Source: Bacteroidales bacterium
GTDB lineage: Bacteria; Bacteroidota; Bacteroidia; Bacteroidales; UBA932
Assembly (NCBI GenBank): GCA_022647615.1
Contig: JALCKZ010000001.1
Span: forward strand, 110,178 to 174,177
Length of the DNA: 64,000 nucleotides
Reading direction: 5' to 3'
The notes beneath the pieces are model-generated. The model worked only from the letters and a program-made list of their open reading frames with translations, did not search any database and had not been told where the DNA came from. The first letter of the stretch is position 1. Every line of letters begins with the position of its first letter. Positions 55,153-64,000 of this stretch are shown one piece after another. Both the position numbers and the translations under genes were made by a program.

Positions 55153-58100
55153 ATGCCTTTAAAGAAAGATAATAAAGTTAAGACCAATTTCAGCAAGATT
55201 AGAATCAGCCTTGCTTCTCCGGAGGAAATCCTGGAGAGGTCTCACGGCGAGGTGCTGAAACCGGAAACTGTTAACTATCGTACATATAAGCCAGAAAGAG
55301 ACGGATTGTTCTGCGAGAGAATCTTTGGTCCTACAAAGGACTACGAGTGCTATTGCGGAAAATATAAAAGAATCCGCTACCGTGGAATTGTTTGCGACCG
55401 CTGCGGTGTTGAGGTTACGGAGAAGAAAGTCCGCAGAGAGAGAGAAGGTCATATTACGCTTACCGTTCCTGTTGCGCACATATGGTATTTCCGTTCCAAC
55501 CCTAACAAGATTGGAGCATTGCTTGGCATTAAGAGCAAGCAGCTGGATTCCATTATTTATTATGAGAGATACGTTGTCATTCAGCCGGGTGTTGCCGCTC
55601 AGAGGAGCGAGACAAAAGAGCCTGTTAAGGAGCTTGACCTTCTAACTGAGGATGAATATCTTGCATTGGTAGATACTCTTCCAAAGGAGAACCAGCAGCT
55701 GCCGGATGATGACCCTAACAAGTTTATTGCAGAGATGGGAGCAGATGCCATCTACAAACTGCTTAAGAAACTTGACCTGGACCAGCTTTCTTACACTTTA
55801 AGAAGCAGCCTGGAGAATGAGACATCACAGCAGAGAAAAGCAGAATCACTTAAGAGACTGAGTGTTATAGAAGCATTCAGAGATTCTAAAGATATCAATA
55901 AGCCGGAGTGGATGATTATGAAGGTCATCCCTGTTATACCTCCGGATTTAAGACCTCTTGTACCTCTTGACGGAGGAAGATTTGCAACTTCTGATTTGAA
56001 TGATCTTTACAGAAGGGTCATTATCAGAAACAACAGGTTGAAGAAACTTATTGAGATTAAGGCTCCTGAGGTCATTCTTAGAAATGAGAAGAGAATGTTG
56101 CAGGAGGCTGTGGATTCTTTGTTTGATAATTCAAAGAAATCAAACTCAATTAAGACTGAGTCAAACAGAGCGCTTAAGTCTTTGTCAGATTCTTTGAAAG
56201 GAAAGCAGGGAAGATTCCGTCAGAATTTGCTTGGAAAACGTGTGGACTATTCTGCACGTTCAGTTATTGTCGTTGGCCCGGAGCTTAAGATGCATGAATG
56301 CGGTCTTCCAAAATTCATTGCGGCTGAGCTGTTCAAACCGTTCATTATCCGCAAGTTGCTGGAGAGAGGAATTGTCAAGACAGTAAAGAGCGCAAAGAAG
56401 ATGGTAGACAGAAAAGACCCGGTTATTTGGGACATCCTGGAAAATGTAATGAAAGGACATCCTGTTTTGCTTAACCGTGCCCCTACTCTGCATAGACTTG
56501 GTATTCAGGCATTCCAGCCAAAATTGATAGAAGGAAAAGCAATACAGCTTCACCCTCTTGCATGTACTCCGTTCAACGCGGACTTTGATGGTGACCAAAT
56601 GGCCGTCCATCTGCCGCTGGGAAATGCTGCAGTACTTGAGGCTCAGCTGCTTATGCTTTGCACCCACAATATTCTTAATCCTGCCAACGGAGCCCCTATT
56701 ACGGTTCCATCACAGGATATGGTTCTTGGACTTTACTACATTACAAAACCAAGAAAGGGTGTCAAGGGAGAAGGAATGTATTTCTATGGTCCTGAGGAAG
56801 TTATCATTGCCCACAATGAGCAGCGCCTGGACTTGCATGCAGTTATTCATGTAAGACTTCCAAAAGATTTCATGGATATAACCAAAGGTTATGAAATTAA
56901 AGAGACTACCGCCGGAAGAGTTATTTTCAACCAGGTGGTTCCTAAAGAAGTTGGTTATATTAACCAGCTGATTAACAAGAAGTCTCTGAGAGATATCATT
57001 GGAAATGTCATAAAGGTATGCGGAGCAAAGAGAGCTACTGAATTCCTGGATGACGTTAAGGCAATGGGTTACATGATGGCGTTCAAAGGCGGTCTGTCAT
57101 TTAACATCAACAACGTTATTGTACCTGCAGAAAAGGAGAAACTTGTTAATGAAGGATACAAGAAGGTTGATGCTGTAAAGGCTAACTTTGATGCCGGTCT
57201 TATCACAAACAATGAGCGTTACAACCAGATTATTGATATTTGGACAAATGTCAATAATGAGCTTGCCAACATAGTTGTAAAAGAGATTTCAGCAGATAAT
57301 CAGGGATTTAACCCAGTTTGGATGATGCTGGACTCCGGAGCCCGTGGTTCTAAAGAGCAGATTCGTCAGCTTTGCGGAATGAGAGGTTTGATGGCAAAGC
57401 CACAGAAGTCAGGTGCAACGGGAGGTAATGAAATTATTGAGAACCCTATTCTTGCAAACTTCAAGGAGGGTTTGTCAGTTTTGGAATATTTCATCTCCAC
57501 TCACGGTGCACGTAAAGGTTTGGCTGATACCGCATTAAAGACAGCAGATGCAGGATATCTAACAAGACGTCTTGTAGATGTATCTCATGATGTGATAATT
57601 ACAGAGGAAGACTGCGGAACGCTTAGAGGACTTGTCGCGACAGAGATTAAAAATAAGGATGAAGTTGTAGAGACACTTTATGATAGAATCCTTGGAAGAA
57701 CCACTGTTCATGATATTTACAATCCTCTTAACGGAGAGAAGATTATTGGTGCCGGAGAAGAAATTACAGAGGAGATTGCATCAACAATTCAGTCTTTGCC
57801 TATTGAGGCTGTTGAAATTAGGTCAGTGCTTACTTGCGAAAGCAAGAAGGGAGTTTGTGCTAAATGCTACGGCCGCAACCTTGCAAGAAGCAGAATGGTA
57901 GAAAAGGGAGAAGTTGTTGGAGTTATTGCTGCTCAGTCAATTGGAGAGCCAGGTACACAGCTTACACTTAGAACATTCCACGTTGGAGGTACTGCATCTA
58001 ACTCTGTTGTTGAGAGCGAGATTACATCAAAATATGATGGAAAGCTTGAATTTGAGGAGCTTAGGACTTTGGACAAGAAGGGTGATGACGGGAGCAAACA

Positions 58101-59511
58101 GACAATTGTAACGGGCCGCGCAACGGAAGTTAGAATTGTGGATGTTAATACTGAAATCACAATGTCCGAATACAGAGTACCTTACGGCTCTATTCTATAC
58201 TTCAAGGAGGGGGATTCTGTAAAGAAAGGAGATAAGATTTGCGAATGGGATGCTTACAATGCACTTACTCTTGCAGAGGTAGACGGTACTGCAATGTATG
58301 ACTCTTTGATTGAGAATGAGACATTTAAGTCTGAGGCATTGGATGAAATTTCCGGCCACTCAGAGAGAGTTGTCATTGAGTCTAAGGATAAGAACAAGAA
58401 CCCGGCAATTAGAATTGTTGACGCTTCAGGAAATGAGCTGAAGAGCTACAACTTGCCTGTTAATGCTCACATTATGGTGAACAACAAACAGAAAATCAAA
58501 GCCGGAGATATTCTTGTAAAAATTCCAAGAACCGCCGGTTCAAAAGCCGGAGATATTACGGGAGGTCTTCCTAGAGTAACTGAATTGTTTGAAGCCCGCA
58601 ATCCATCTAATCCTGCGATAGTTGCAGAGATTAACGGAGATGTCACCATGGGTAAGATCAAGAGAGGAAACAGGGAGATTATCATCAAGGCAAAGAGCGG
58701 AGAGGAGAAGCATTATCTTGTTCCTTTGACAAAACAGATTCTTGTTCAGGAGAACGATTATGTAAGAGCAGGAGATCCGCTTTCAGACGGAGCTATTGCA
58801 CCTTCAGATATCCTTGCTATTCTGGGACCTACAAAGGTTCAGGAATATATCGTAAACGAGGTTCAGGCAGTTTACAGAATGCAGGGCGTTAAGATTAACG
58901 ATAAACACTTTGAAGTTATTGTCAGACAGATGATGCGCAAAGTGCAGGTTGTTGATCCGGGCGACACCCGCTTCTTGCCGGAGCAGCTTGTTGACAGACA
59001 GGAGTTTATGAAGAGCAATGATGAGCTTTGGGACAAGAAAGTTGTTCTTGACGCAGGCGATTCCAAGAATCTTCAGGCCGGACAGATTGTAACCGTTAGA
59101 AAGCTGAGAGATGAAAACTCAATGCTTAAACGCCAGGCTCTCAAGACCGTAGAGGCAAGAGACGCCGTAGCTGCAACTGCAAACCAGATACTTCAGGGAA
59201 TAACCAAGGCGGCATTAAAGACCAACAGCTTTATGAGCGCCGCTTCCTTCCAGGAGACTACCAAGGTTTTGAGCGAGGCTGCAATCTACGGAAAGACAGA
59301 CTATTTGGAGGGTCTAAAGGAGAACGTAATTTGCGGACATCCAATACCTGCAGGTACAGGTCTTAGAGACTATGAGAAGATTGTTGTAACTTCTGCAGAC
59401 GAGTATCGCAGAATGATGCAGGCAACTCAGGAGAACGGTCCTGCAAATTCTGTTGAGTCTCAGATGAAAGCAAACGCAGAGGGAGAAGAAGAAAACAGAG
59501 ACAATCAGTAA
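55153..59511 (+). CDS. rpoC: DNA-directed RNA polymerase subunit beta'
   Basis: 1452 aa with a Zn-finger CYCGKY...CDRCGVEV and catalytic [12 protein letters not shown]. Confidence 0.98.
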   Translation: MPLKKDNKVKTNFSKIRISLASPEEILERSHGEVLKPETVNYRTYKPERDGLFCERIFGPTKDYECYCGKYKRIRYRGIVCDRCGVEVTEKKVRREREGHITLTVPVAHIWYFRSNPNKIGALLGIKSKQLDSIIYYERYVVIQPGVAAQRSETKEPVKELDLLTEDEYLALVDTLPKENQQLPDDDPNKFIAEMGADAIYKLLKKLDLDQLSYTLRSSLENETSQQRKAESLKRLSVIEAFRDSKDINKPEWMIMKVIPVIPPDLRPLVPLDGGRFATSDLNDLYRRVIIRNNRLKKLIEIKAPEVILRNEKRMLQEAVDSLFDNSKKSNSIKTESNRALKSLSDSLKGKQGRFRQNLLGKRVDYSARSVIVVGPELKMHECGLPKFIAAELFKPFIIRKLLERGIVKTVKSAKKMVDRKDPVIWDILENVMKGHPVLLNRAPTLHRLGIQAFQPKLIEGKAIQLHPLACTPFNADFDGDQMAVHLPLGNAAVLEAQLLMLCTHNILNPANGAPITVPSQDMVLGLYYITKPRKGVKGEGMYFYGPEEVIIAHNEQRLDLHAVIHVRLPKDFMDITKGYEIKETTAGRVIFNQVVPKEVGYINQLINKKSLRDIIGNVIKVCGAKRATEFLDDVKAMGYMMAFKGGLSFNINNVIVPAEKEKLVNEGYKKVDAVKANFDAGLITNNERYNQIIDIWTNVNNELANIVVKEISADNQGFNPVWMMLDSGARGSKEQIRQLCGMRGLMAKPQKSGATGGNEIIENPILANFKEGLSVLEYFISTHGARKGLADTALKTADAGYLTRRLVDVSHDVIITEEDCGTLRGLVATEIKNKDEVVETLYDRILGRTTVHDIYNPLNGEKIIGAGEEITEEIASTIQSLPIEAVEIRSVLTCESKKGVCAKCYGRNLARSRMVEKGEVVGVIAAQSIGEPGTQLTLRTFHVGGTASNSVVESEITSKYDGKLEFEELRTLDKKGDDGSKQTIVTGRATEVRIVDVNTEITMSEYRVPYGSILYFKEGDSVKKGDKICEWDAYNALTLAEVDGTAMYDSLIENETFKSEALDEISGHSERVVIESKDKNKNPAIRIVDASGNELKSYNLPVNAHIMVNNKQKIKAGDILVKIPRTAGSKAGDITGGLPRVTELFEARNPSNPAIVAEINGDVTMGKIKRGNREIIIKAKSGEEKHYLVPLTKQILVQENDYVRAGDPLSDGAIAPSDILAILGPTKVQEYIVNEVQAVYRMQGVKINDKHFEVIVRQMMRKVQVVDPGDTRFLPEQLVDRQEFMKSNDELWDKKVVLDAGDSKNLQAGQIVTVRKLRDENSMLKRQALKTVEARDAVAATANQILQGITKAALKTNSFMSAASFQETTKVLSEAAIYGKTDYLEGLKENVICGHPIPAGTGLRDYEKIVVTSADEYRRMMQATQENGPANSVESQMKANAEGEEENRDNQ

Positions 59512-59521
59512 TTAATATTTT

Positions 59522-59575
59522 TAATCCCGACAGTGCAATTCAATTTGAATTATCTGTCGGGATTACTATTTTTAT
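59522..59575 (+). terminator. Strong terminator hairpin after rpoC (CTGTCGGGA family)
   Basis: 12-bp perfect arms taatcccgacag/ctgtcgggatta, an inner aattcaa/ttgaatt stem, followed by ctaTTTTTa. Confidence 0.75.
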
Positions 59576-59626
59576 ACGTACCAATCATCACGGCATAATT
59601 TGAAATAACATCTTACACCATAGAAA

Positions 59627-60769
59627 ATGAAAAAATTTTTATTGATTCTGGCGGCGGTAATCATGGTTGCTGCATGCGGGAAAAAAGAAGAGGCAGGCTA
59701 CAAAGTCACCGTAAAATTTGAAGGTGATGTACCTGATTTGAAGACAGATGCAAGAATAATCATGACCAATATGGATACTTCCGAGTATGCCATAAATGAT
59801 ACTGCAACGGTAGTGAACGGACAGGCAATGTTCACCGGTTCTGTCAAATCTCCTGACCTTGTGGTAATCAGATTTCTTGGCGTTGACCAAAGCGGCTCAT
59901 CCAGAAATATTTGCACGCTCTTTTTGGAAAACGACACATACACTATCTCAGTTCCGGCGGACACAAATGAGGAACCTGTAATAACGGGAGGCAGAACACA
60001 ACATGTTGTAGACTCGTTAAACACTGTGGCAAAGAGCATTATAAAGGCGGCGAAATTAGACACGCTGCAATCAATGTTTGAAACCGCAACAGATGTTATG
60101 AAAGATTCCATCACAACTGTTAGGAAAAAAGTTTATGAAGACATTAACAACGTTTTTACAAACTACATTAACAAACACCCCCACTCTATGTTTGCGCTTT
60201 ACCAAGACGCAATGCAAATAGAATATATGCCTGCAGACTCTGCAATGAAATTGGAAAAAGAATTTGCATCAATTCCAGAATATGCTAACAATAAATACTT
60301 TAAGAAGATTCAAAAATATGTTTCGGGAGAGAGCAACTTTGCGGTTGGAAAGCAGGCGCCTGATTTTACAGAGAATGACCCGGCAGGAAACCCTATTAAA
60401 TTTTCAGATATATATAAACAGAATAAAATCACGATGGTTGATTTTTGGGCCTCCTGGTGCAGCCCGTGCCGCCAGTTCAATCCAATACTTAGAAGACTGT
60501 ACTACAAATACAAAAACAAAGGATTTGGAATACTGGGCGTATCACTTGATAAAGAGCAAGATGCGTGGCTGGATGCAATTGCAAAAGACCGTCTTTCATG
60601 GCCGCAGGTATCTGACTTAAAGGGATGGGACAACGCCGTTTCAAAAGCATACCTCGTAACATCAATACCGCAAAATATTTTTGTAGACAGCACCGGCAGA
60701 ATTGTTTTAAGCAGAGCGGAAGAGGATGAGATTGACAGTTTCCTTAATGATAATTTGAATCAGCAATAA
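59627..60769 (+). CDS. TlpA-like thiol:disulfide oxidoreductase lipoprotein (thioredoxin fold with an N-terminal DUF4369-like domain)
   Basis: Lipobox VAACG and a thioredoxin motif FWASWCSPC in the C-terminal domain. Confidence 0.8.
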   Translation: MKKFLLILAAVIMVAACGKKEEAGYKVTVKFEGDVPDLKTDARIIMTNMDTSEYAINDTATVVNGQAMFTGSVKSPDLVVIRFLGVDQSGSSRNICTLFLENDTYTISVPADTNEEPVITGGRTQHVVDSLNTVAKSIIKAAKLDTLQSMFETATDVMKDSITTVRKKVYEDINNVFTNYINKHPHSMFALYQDAMQIEYMPADSAMKLEKEFASIPEYANNKYFKKIQKYVSGESNFAVGKQAPDFTENDPAGNPIKFSDIYKQNKITMVDFWASWCSPCRQFNPILRRLYYKYKNKGFGILGVSLDKEQDAWLDAIAKDRLSWPQVSDLKGWDNAVSKAYLVTSIPQNIFVDSTGRIVLSRAEEDEIDSFLNDNLNQQ

Positions 60770-60890
60770 GCAGCAAGTCACAGCAATAGGCAAATTGCAG
60801 CAATAAGCAAGTCACAGCAATAAGCAAATTGCAGCAATAAGCAAATCACAGCAATAAGCAAATCACTGCACACAGCAATAGGCAAATCAT
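60761..60890 (+). repeat. 17-nt tandem repeat (about 7 units, CAGCAATAAGCAAATYR)
   Basis: Units begin at 60761, 60781, 60798, 60815, 60832, 60849 and 60873. The first unit contains the last two codons and the TAA stop of the preceding gene. Confidence 0.9.
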
Positions 60891-60895
60891 AAAAA

Positions 60896-60928
60896 TAAAA
60901 AAGGCGGCACATAAGTGTCGCCTTTTTT
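60896..60928. terminator. Bidirectional rho-independent terminator
   Basis: Stem ggcggcac/gtgtcgcc with loop ataa, A-run before and T6 after. It lies between convergent genes. Confidence 0.7.
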
Positions 60929-60955
60929 AATATTATCTAACAATTCGTATACTCT

Positions 60956-61852
60956 TTACTTAACTGCAGTAACTGTTAGCCTTTCACCCAGCCAATAACT
61001 ACCGCCTGAAGAAATATATTTACCATCATCATTATAGGTGTGGAAACAATAGAACGTCATAGCACTTCCAACTACAAGCGCATTGCCTGTTGCTGAACCA
61101 TTTGCAACCTCGTTCATCTGGTCCTCAGGATATTGATCCAGCCATAACCACCAAGCCGTATTCTTATAAGTAGATCCAGTAACCATCTTAACCATGTTGG
61201 TGCTGAACCATCCGCAATAAGCAGGTGTATTCAAAGGATAAACAAACCCGGCAGCAACATCAACCTTCACATCAAGATTGGTTGTTCCGCCAAATGCATT
61301 AACAACCCTATAATATGCCGTTGTGTATTTTGCCTTCTGCAGCTTGTATGATGTAACAAGGCTAGCATTACCATTATAACTTCTTGCAATACCGGCAGTC
61401 CAAGAAATCGTTCCATAATCCTCCCATGTAAAAGGAAGCATTGCGGTACCATCAAACTTAGTAGCAATAGCACCTGGAGCGGCTACCTTAGAATCAATTG
61501 CCAAGCTAAACGCGTAAGTATCACCCGGAGTAAGTGCGCTGCTAGTATAAGAGAGCTGAACATCCGCAGTATAACTGCCGGCGGCAAAATCTGCCGTTTT
61601 ACTTACCATGGTAAATACATTATTAGTATCCGTTAAAGTAACGGGCACAGACTCTGCAGCAGAGGCTGTACCTCTCTGTAGCGTAACAGTAACAGGAGTT
61701 CCGGATAGAGAAAATGAACCCGAACTGGCCTGGAAAGTAACATCTCCGCTTGTAGGACTATAAGAAGGCCAGTCCGTAGAGCAAGATGTCATTATCATCC
61801 CGACAGAAAGCAAAACTGCCGCTAAACTCTTAGTTATATTTATTAATTTCAT
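60956..61852 (-). CDS. PUL-associated surface lipoprotein of unknown function (SusE/F position)
   Basis: Start chosen at MKLINITKSLAAVLLSVGMIMTSCS (lipobox). Beta-rich, immediately downstream of SusD. Confidence 0.55.
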   Translation of the reverse strand: MKLINITKSLAAVLLSVGMIMTSCSTDWPSYSPTSGDVTFQASSGSFSLSGTPVTVTLQRGTASAAESVPVTLTDTNNVFTMVSKTADFAAGSYTADVQLSYTSSALTPGDTYAFSLAIDSKVAAPGAIATKFDGTAMLPFTWEDYGTISWTAGIARSYNGNASLVTSYKLQKAKYTTAYYRVVNAFGGTTNLDVKVDVAAGFVYPLNTPAYCGWFSTNMVKMVTGSTYKNTAWWLWLDQYPEDQMNEVANGSATGNALVVGSAMTFYCFHTYNDDGKYISSGGSYWLGERLTVTAVK

Positions 61853-61891
61853 ATTTCTTAAATTTAAAATGTTTAAAAAACATACCATCTA

Positions 61892-63478
61892 TTAGTAACC
61901 AGGATTCTGCTGATTCTTAATCTGAGGATTAGCGTCGATCTCTGCCTGAGGTATAGGCCATAACCATCTGTGATCCGTAGGGTCCTTAGCCAAGTACTCC
62001 ATAGTAGGAGAACCGGCATTAGAAATAATGCTTGCATTCTGAGCACCTGTTCTCTCCATTGAATCTCCCCATCTCTTCAAATCAAAGAAGTGGAAACCTT
62101 CACCAACGAATTCCAAAGTTCTTTCTTTCTTAATTCTTGCAAGCAAGAAATTCCCGCTCAAACTAAGTGCGGAAGAACCTACTATTCTAGCCTGAGTAAA
62201 CTCTGACAAATATTTGTTTGCAAGGGTAGTATTGCCCATCATTGCATAAGCCTCAGCTGCAATAAGATACTGCTCGGCAATTCTAAACAATTTAATCTTG
62301 TTTACGTGGTTGGAATAAGCCCAAGTTGAACCGGGAGTTCTCAAATCCGGGTTGCCGGGGAACTTGTTTAGCAAATATGCATCCCCGCTAGCAGAGTTAT
62401 ACTTGCAAACTCCGCGGGTAACAAAATTGCCAGCCTCTTTATCATAATCAAGCCAAATCCAAAGAAGGCGCAAATCATTATTTGCATAACCACTAATGAA
62501 CCACTTCTCCGGAATATAATCTGGAGCATATCTTGGAGCCTTAGCAGCATTGGAACTTCCCACACTATATGAGACATACCCAGGGTCATTAGAAGCAGGA
62601 AGAGATGAAGGATTAAAGCTTGCATCCATCTGAACTATGCACTCATCGCCGCTATCATAAGTCCAAATATTATTCATATCATCGTAATCTGCTGCAAGAG
62701 GATAAGTTCCTGCATCAACTAATGAAGCAGCTTTTTGTGCAGCCAAGCTCCAGTTTTGCATTGCAAGAGCAACTCTTGCCTGCATTGCAACTACCGCATC
62801 AACAGTAAGAGTGGTAGAACCAACATCACCATCAACATCAGAAAGGCAACTATATGCCTTATCCAAATTGGAAACTACCCAATCATAAGATGCAGCCAAA
62901 GTACTTCTGCCAGGATAGCTCAAGTGAGCCGTAGCAGGGTCAACAGCTGAACTGTATTTGTCAATTAGCATAATACCTAAGTCGCTGGCAGCATTTGCAG
63001 AAGTATAAGGTTTGCAGAAATATTCCAGAAGCATATATCCGGCATAAGCCTTTACAAAATAGGCATAACCTTGATAGTGCTTAAGAGAAGCTATTTCTGT
63101 GTCTGAAAGGTCAGCTGTACTTAATGTGCTGATGCCTTGCAGAAGATAGCAAGCTTCATTGATATCATAGTATGATGTAGCCCAAAGAGATGTGCTTACA
63201 TCCTCTGATGCAGTCCATTCCCATCTGTGGAAAACGCCCTCTCTGTTACCATAATCCAACCCTGCATTAAAGTAATCAGTAGCAATATCAGGGTCATAAA
63301 TAAAAGAACCGGAAGAGAGACCTCTCAAGGCAGTATTCATGCCGTTGGCAAAATTGGCGGCATCGGCAACTGTCTTAAAGGCAACATCCTGGCTCTCTGT
63401 ATCAATCGGCTGGTCATTCAAGCTGCAAGATGTTGCAACAAATGCCAGAGCTATAAATAGATAAATAAATTTCTTCAT
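61892..63478 (-). CDS. RagB/SusD-family nutrient-binding outer-membrane lipoprotein
   Basis: 528 aa with lipobox ATSCS, a TPR-like helical core and the typical C-terminal ...W.WPIP..E...NP......NPGY. Confidence 0.9.
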   Translation of the reverse strand: MKKFIYLFIALAFVATSCSLNDQPIDTESQDVAFKTVADAANFANGMNTALRGLSSGSFIYDPDIATDYFNAGLDYGNREGVFHRWEWTASEDVSTSLWATSYYDINEACYLLQGISTLSTADLSDTEIASLKHYQGYAYFVKAYAGYMLLEYFCKPYTSANAASDLGIMLIDKYSSAVDPATAHLSYPGRSTLAASYDWVVSNLDKAYSCLSDVDGDVGSTTLTVDAVVAMQARVALAMQNWSLAAQKAASLVDAGTYPLAADYDDMNNIWTYDSGDECIVQMDASFNPSSLPASNDPGYVSYSVGSSNAAKAPRYAPDYIPEKWFISGYANNDLRLLWIWLDYDKEAGNFVTRGVCKYNSASGDAYLLNKFPGNPDLRTPGSTWAYSNHVNKIKLFRIAEQYLIAAEAYAMMGNTTLANKYLSEFTQARIVGSSALSLSGNFLLARIKKERTLEFVGEGFHFFDLKRWGDSMERTGAQNASIISNAGSPTMEYLAKDPTDHRWLWPIPQAEIDANPQIKNQQNPGY

Positions 63479-63490
63479 AATCTCTAAGTA

Positions 63491-64000
63491 TTAGAATGTA
63501 AATTCAACACCGGCTGAAATTTGTCTTGAGTTAGGATAACGTCCTAAAACCAAATTTGTATCCGGCTCCGGATCCCAACCTGTATACTTTGTGAAAGTAA
63601 GCAAGTTTCTGCCAGTAACATAAATTCTTATACCGCTAAGAACACGTGTCTTTTCAACTGCATCTTTGCTGAAAGTATAAGACAAAGTAATATTCTTCAA
63701 TCTTACAAATGAAGCATTCTCAACTACTCTGGAATCAAATACATTCTGGTTATACTCTGGTTTAGGATATTTTGCATTTTGTCCAGGAGTAGTCCATGTA
63801 CCATATAGCAACTCTGCAACCTTGTTCATATCTCCAATGTTGGAAACGTAAATTGAGTTGAAGAATTTATCGTTGTTAATCATGTATTTTCCAAATACTC
63901 CCGTGAAGTTAGCTTGCAATGCAAATTGTTTCCAAGAGAAATCAATCTGAACACCGCCTGCCCATGGAGCAAACTGGGAATATTTCTTACCAAGCAAAAC
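63491..64000 (-). CDS. SusC/RagA-family TonB-dependent transporter, C-terminal fragment (continues beyond the window)
   Basis: Open frame to the window edge. The terminal beta-barrel motif ends in ...SAGVEFTF. Immediately upstream of SusD. Confidence 0.85.
   Translation of the reverse strand, partial: VLLGKKYSQFAPWAGGVQIDFSWKQFALQANFTGVFGKYMINNDKFFNSIYVSNIGDMNKVAELLYGTWTTPGQNAKYPKPEYNQNVFDSRVVENASFVRLKNITLSYTFSKDAVEKTRVLSGIRIYVTGRNLLTFTKYTGWDPEPDTNLVLGRYPNSRQISAGVEFTF

Noticed and set aside
60761-60890. A possible CRISPR array, suggested by the regular short repeats.
   Set aside because: The units are contiguous 17-mers without unique spacers, there are no cas genes nearby, and the repeat length is far below CRISPR repeat size.
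61853-61888. The ORF-track start at 61888 (MVCFLNILNLRN...) for the PUL lipoprotein.
   Set aside because: The Met at 61852 gives a canonical lipoprotein signal peptide (MKLINITKSLAAVLLSVGMIMTSC). The upstream extension would bury it.

Overview
This window looks like a low-GC Bacteroidota (Bacteroidales-like) chromosomal segment. That assignment is inferred from four things: a MoxR-DUF58-BatA..BatE aerotolerance operon, a SusC/SusD pair, TAnnTTTG -7 promoter boxes, and mostly Shine-Dalgarno-less starts. Most of the window is core housekeeping. In order: the Bat operon (3.0-14.0 kb, minus strand), truA, exbB-exbD-tonB, era, rluB, an FtsX-type ABC permease with a PaaK-like ligase, parC-aroK, recJ, lysS, a SpoU methyltransferase, aroE, ssb, purA, dxs, the classic tRNA(Thr-Tyr-Gly-Thr)-tuf-tRNA(Trp)-secE-nusG-rplKAJL-rpoBC block (46.3-59.5 kb), a TlpA-like thioredoxin lipoprotein, and the 3' end of a SusC/SusD PUL. 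Accessory content is two COG1373 AAA+ ATPases, a Type IV McrB/McrC pair whose McrB has a long unassigned N-terminal region, a CAT-family acetyltransferase, and three paralogous MFS transporters. I recognised no rRNA, CRISPR array, transposase or integrase. The most unusual signal is non-coding: a GC-rich multi-hairpin repeat of about 80-165 nt, present in at least 5 copies. Its hairpin loop (ACAAAGC) is conserved while the stems covary between copies. Two inverted pairs of this repeat bracket, respectively, the ATPase+McrBC cassette and a 0.5-kb gene-less segment. A fifth copy sits in frame inside aroE. Other oddities are an in-frame GC-rich 21-nt tandem repeat in truA, a CTGTCGGGA/TCCCGACAG hairpin family at gene boundaries, a BatB-BatC fusion with an N/Q-rich tract, a 180-nt tandem duplication in the RG-rich N-terminus of rluB, and a 17-nt tandem repeat that begins in the stop codon of the thioredoxin gene. 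All functional calls come from motif recognition by eye; no database search was run.
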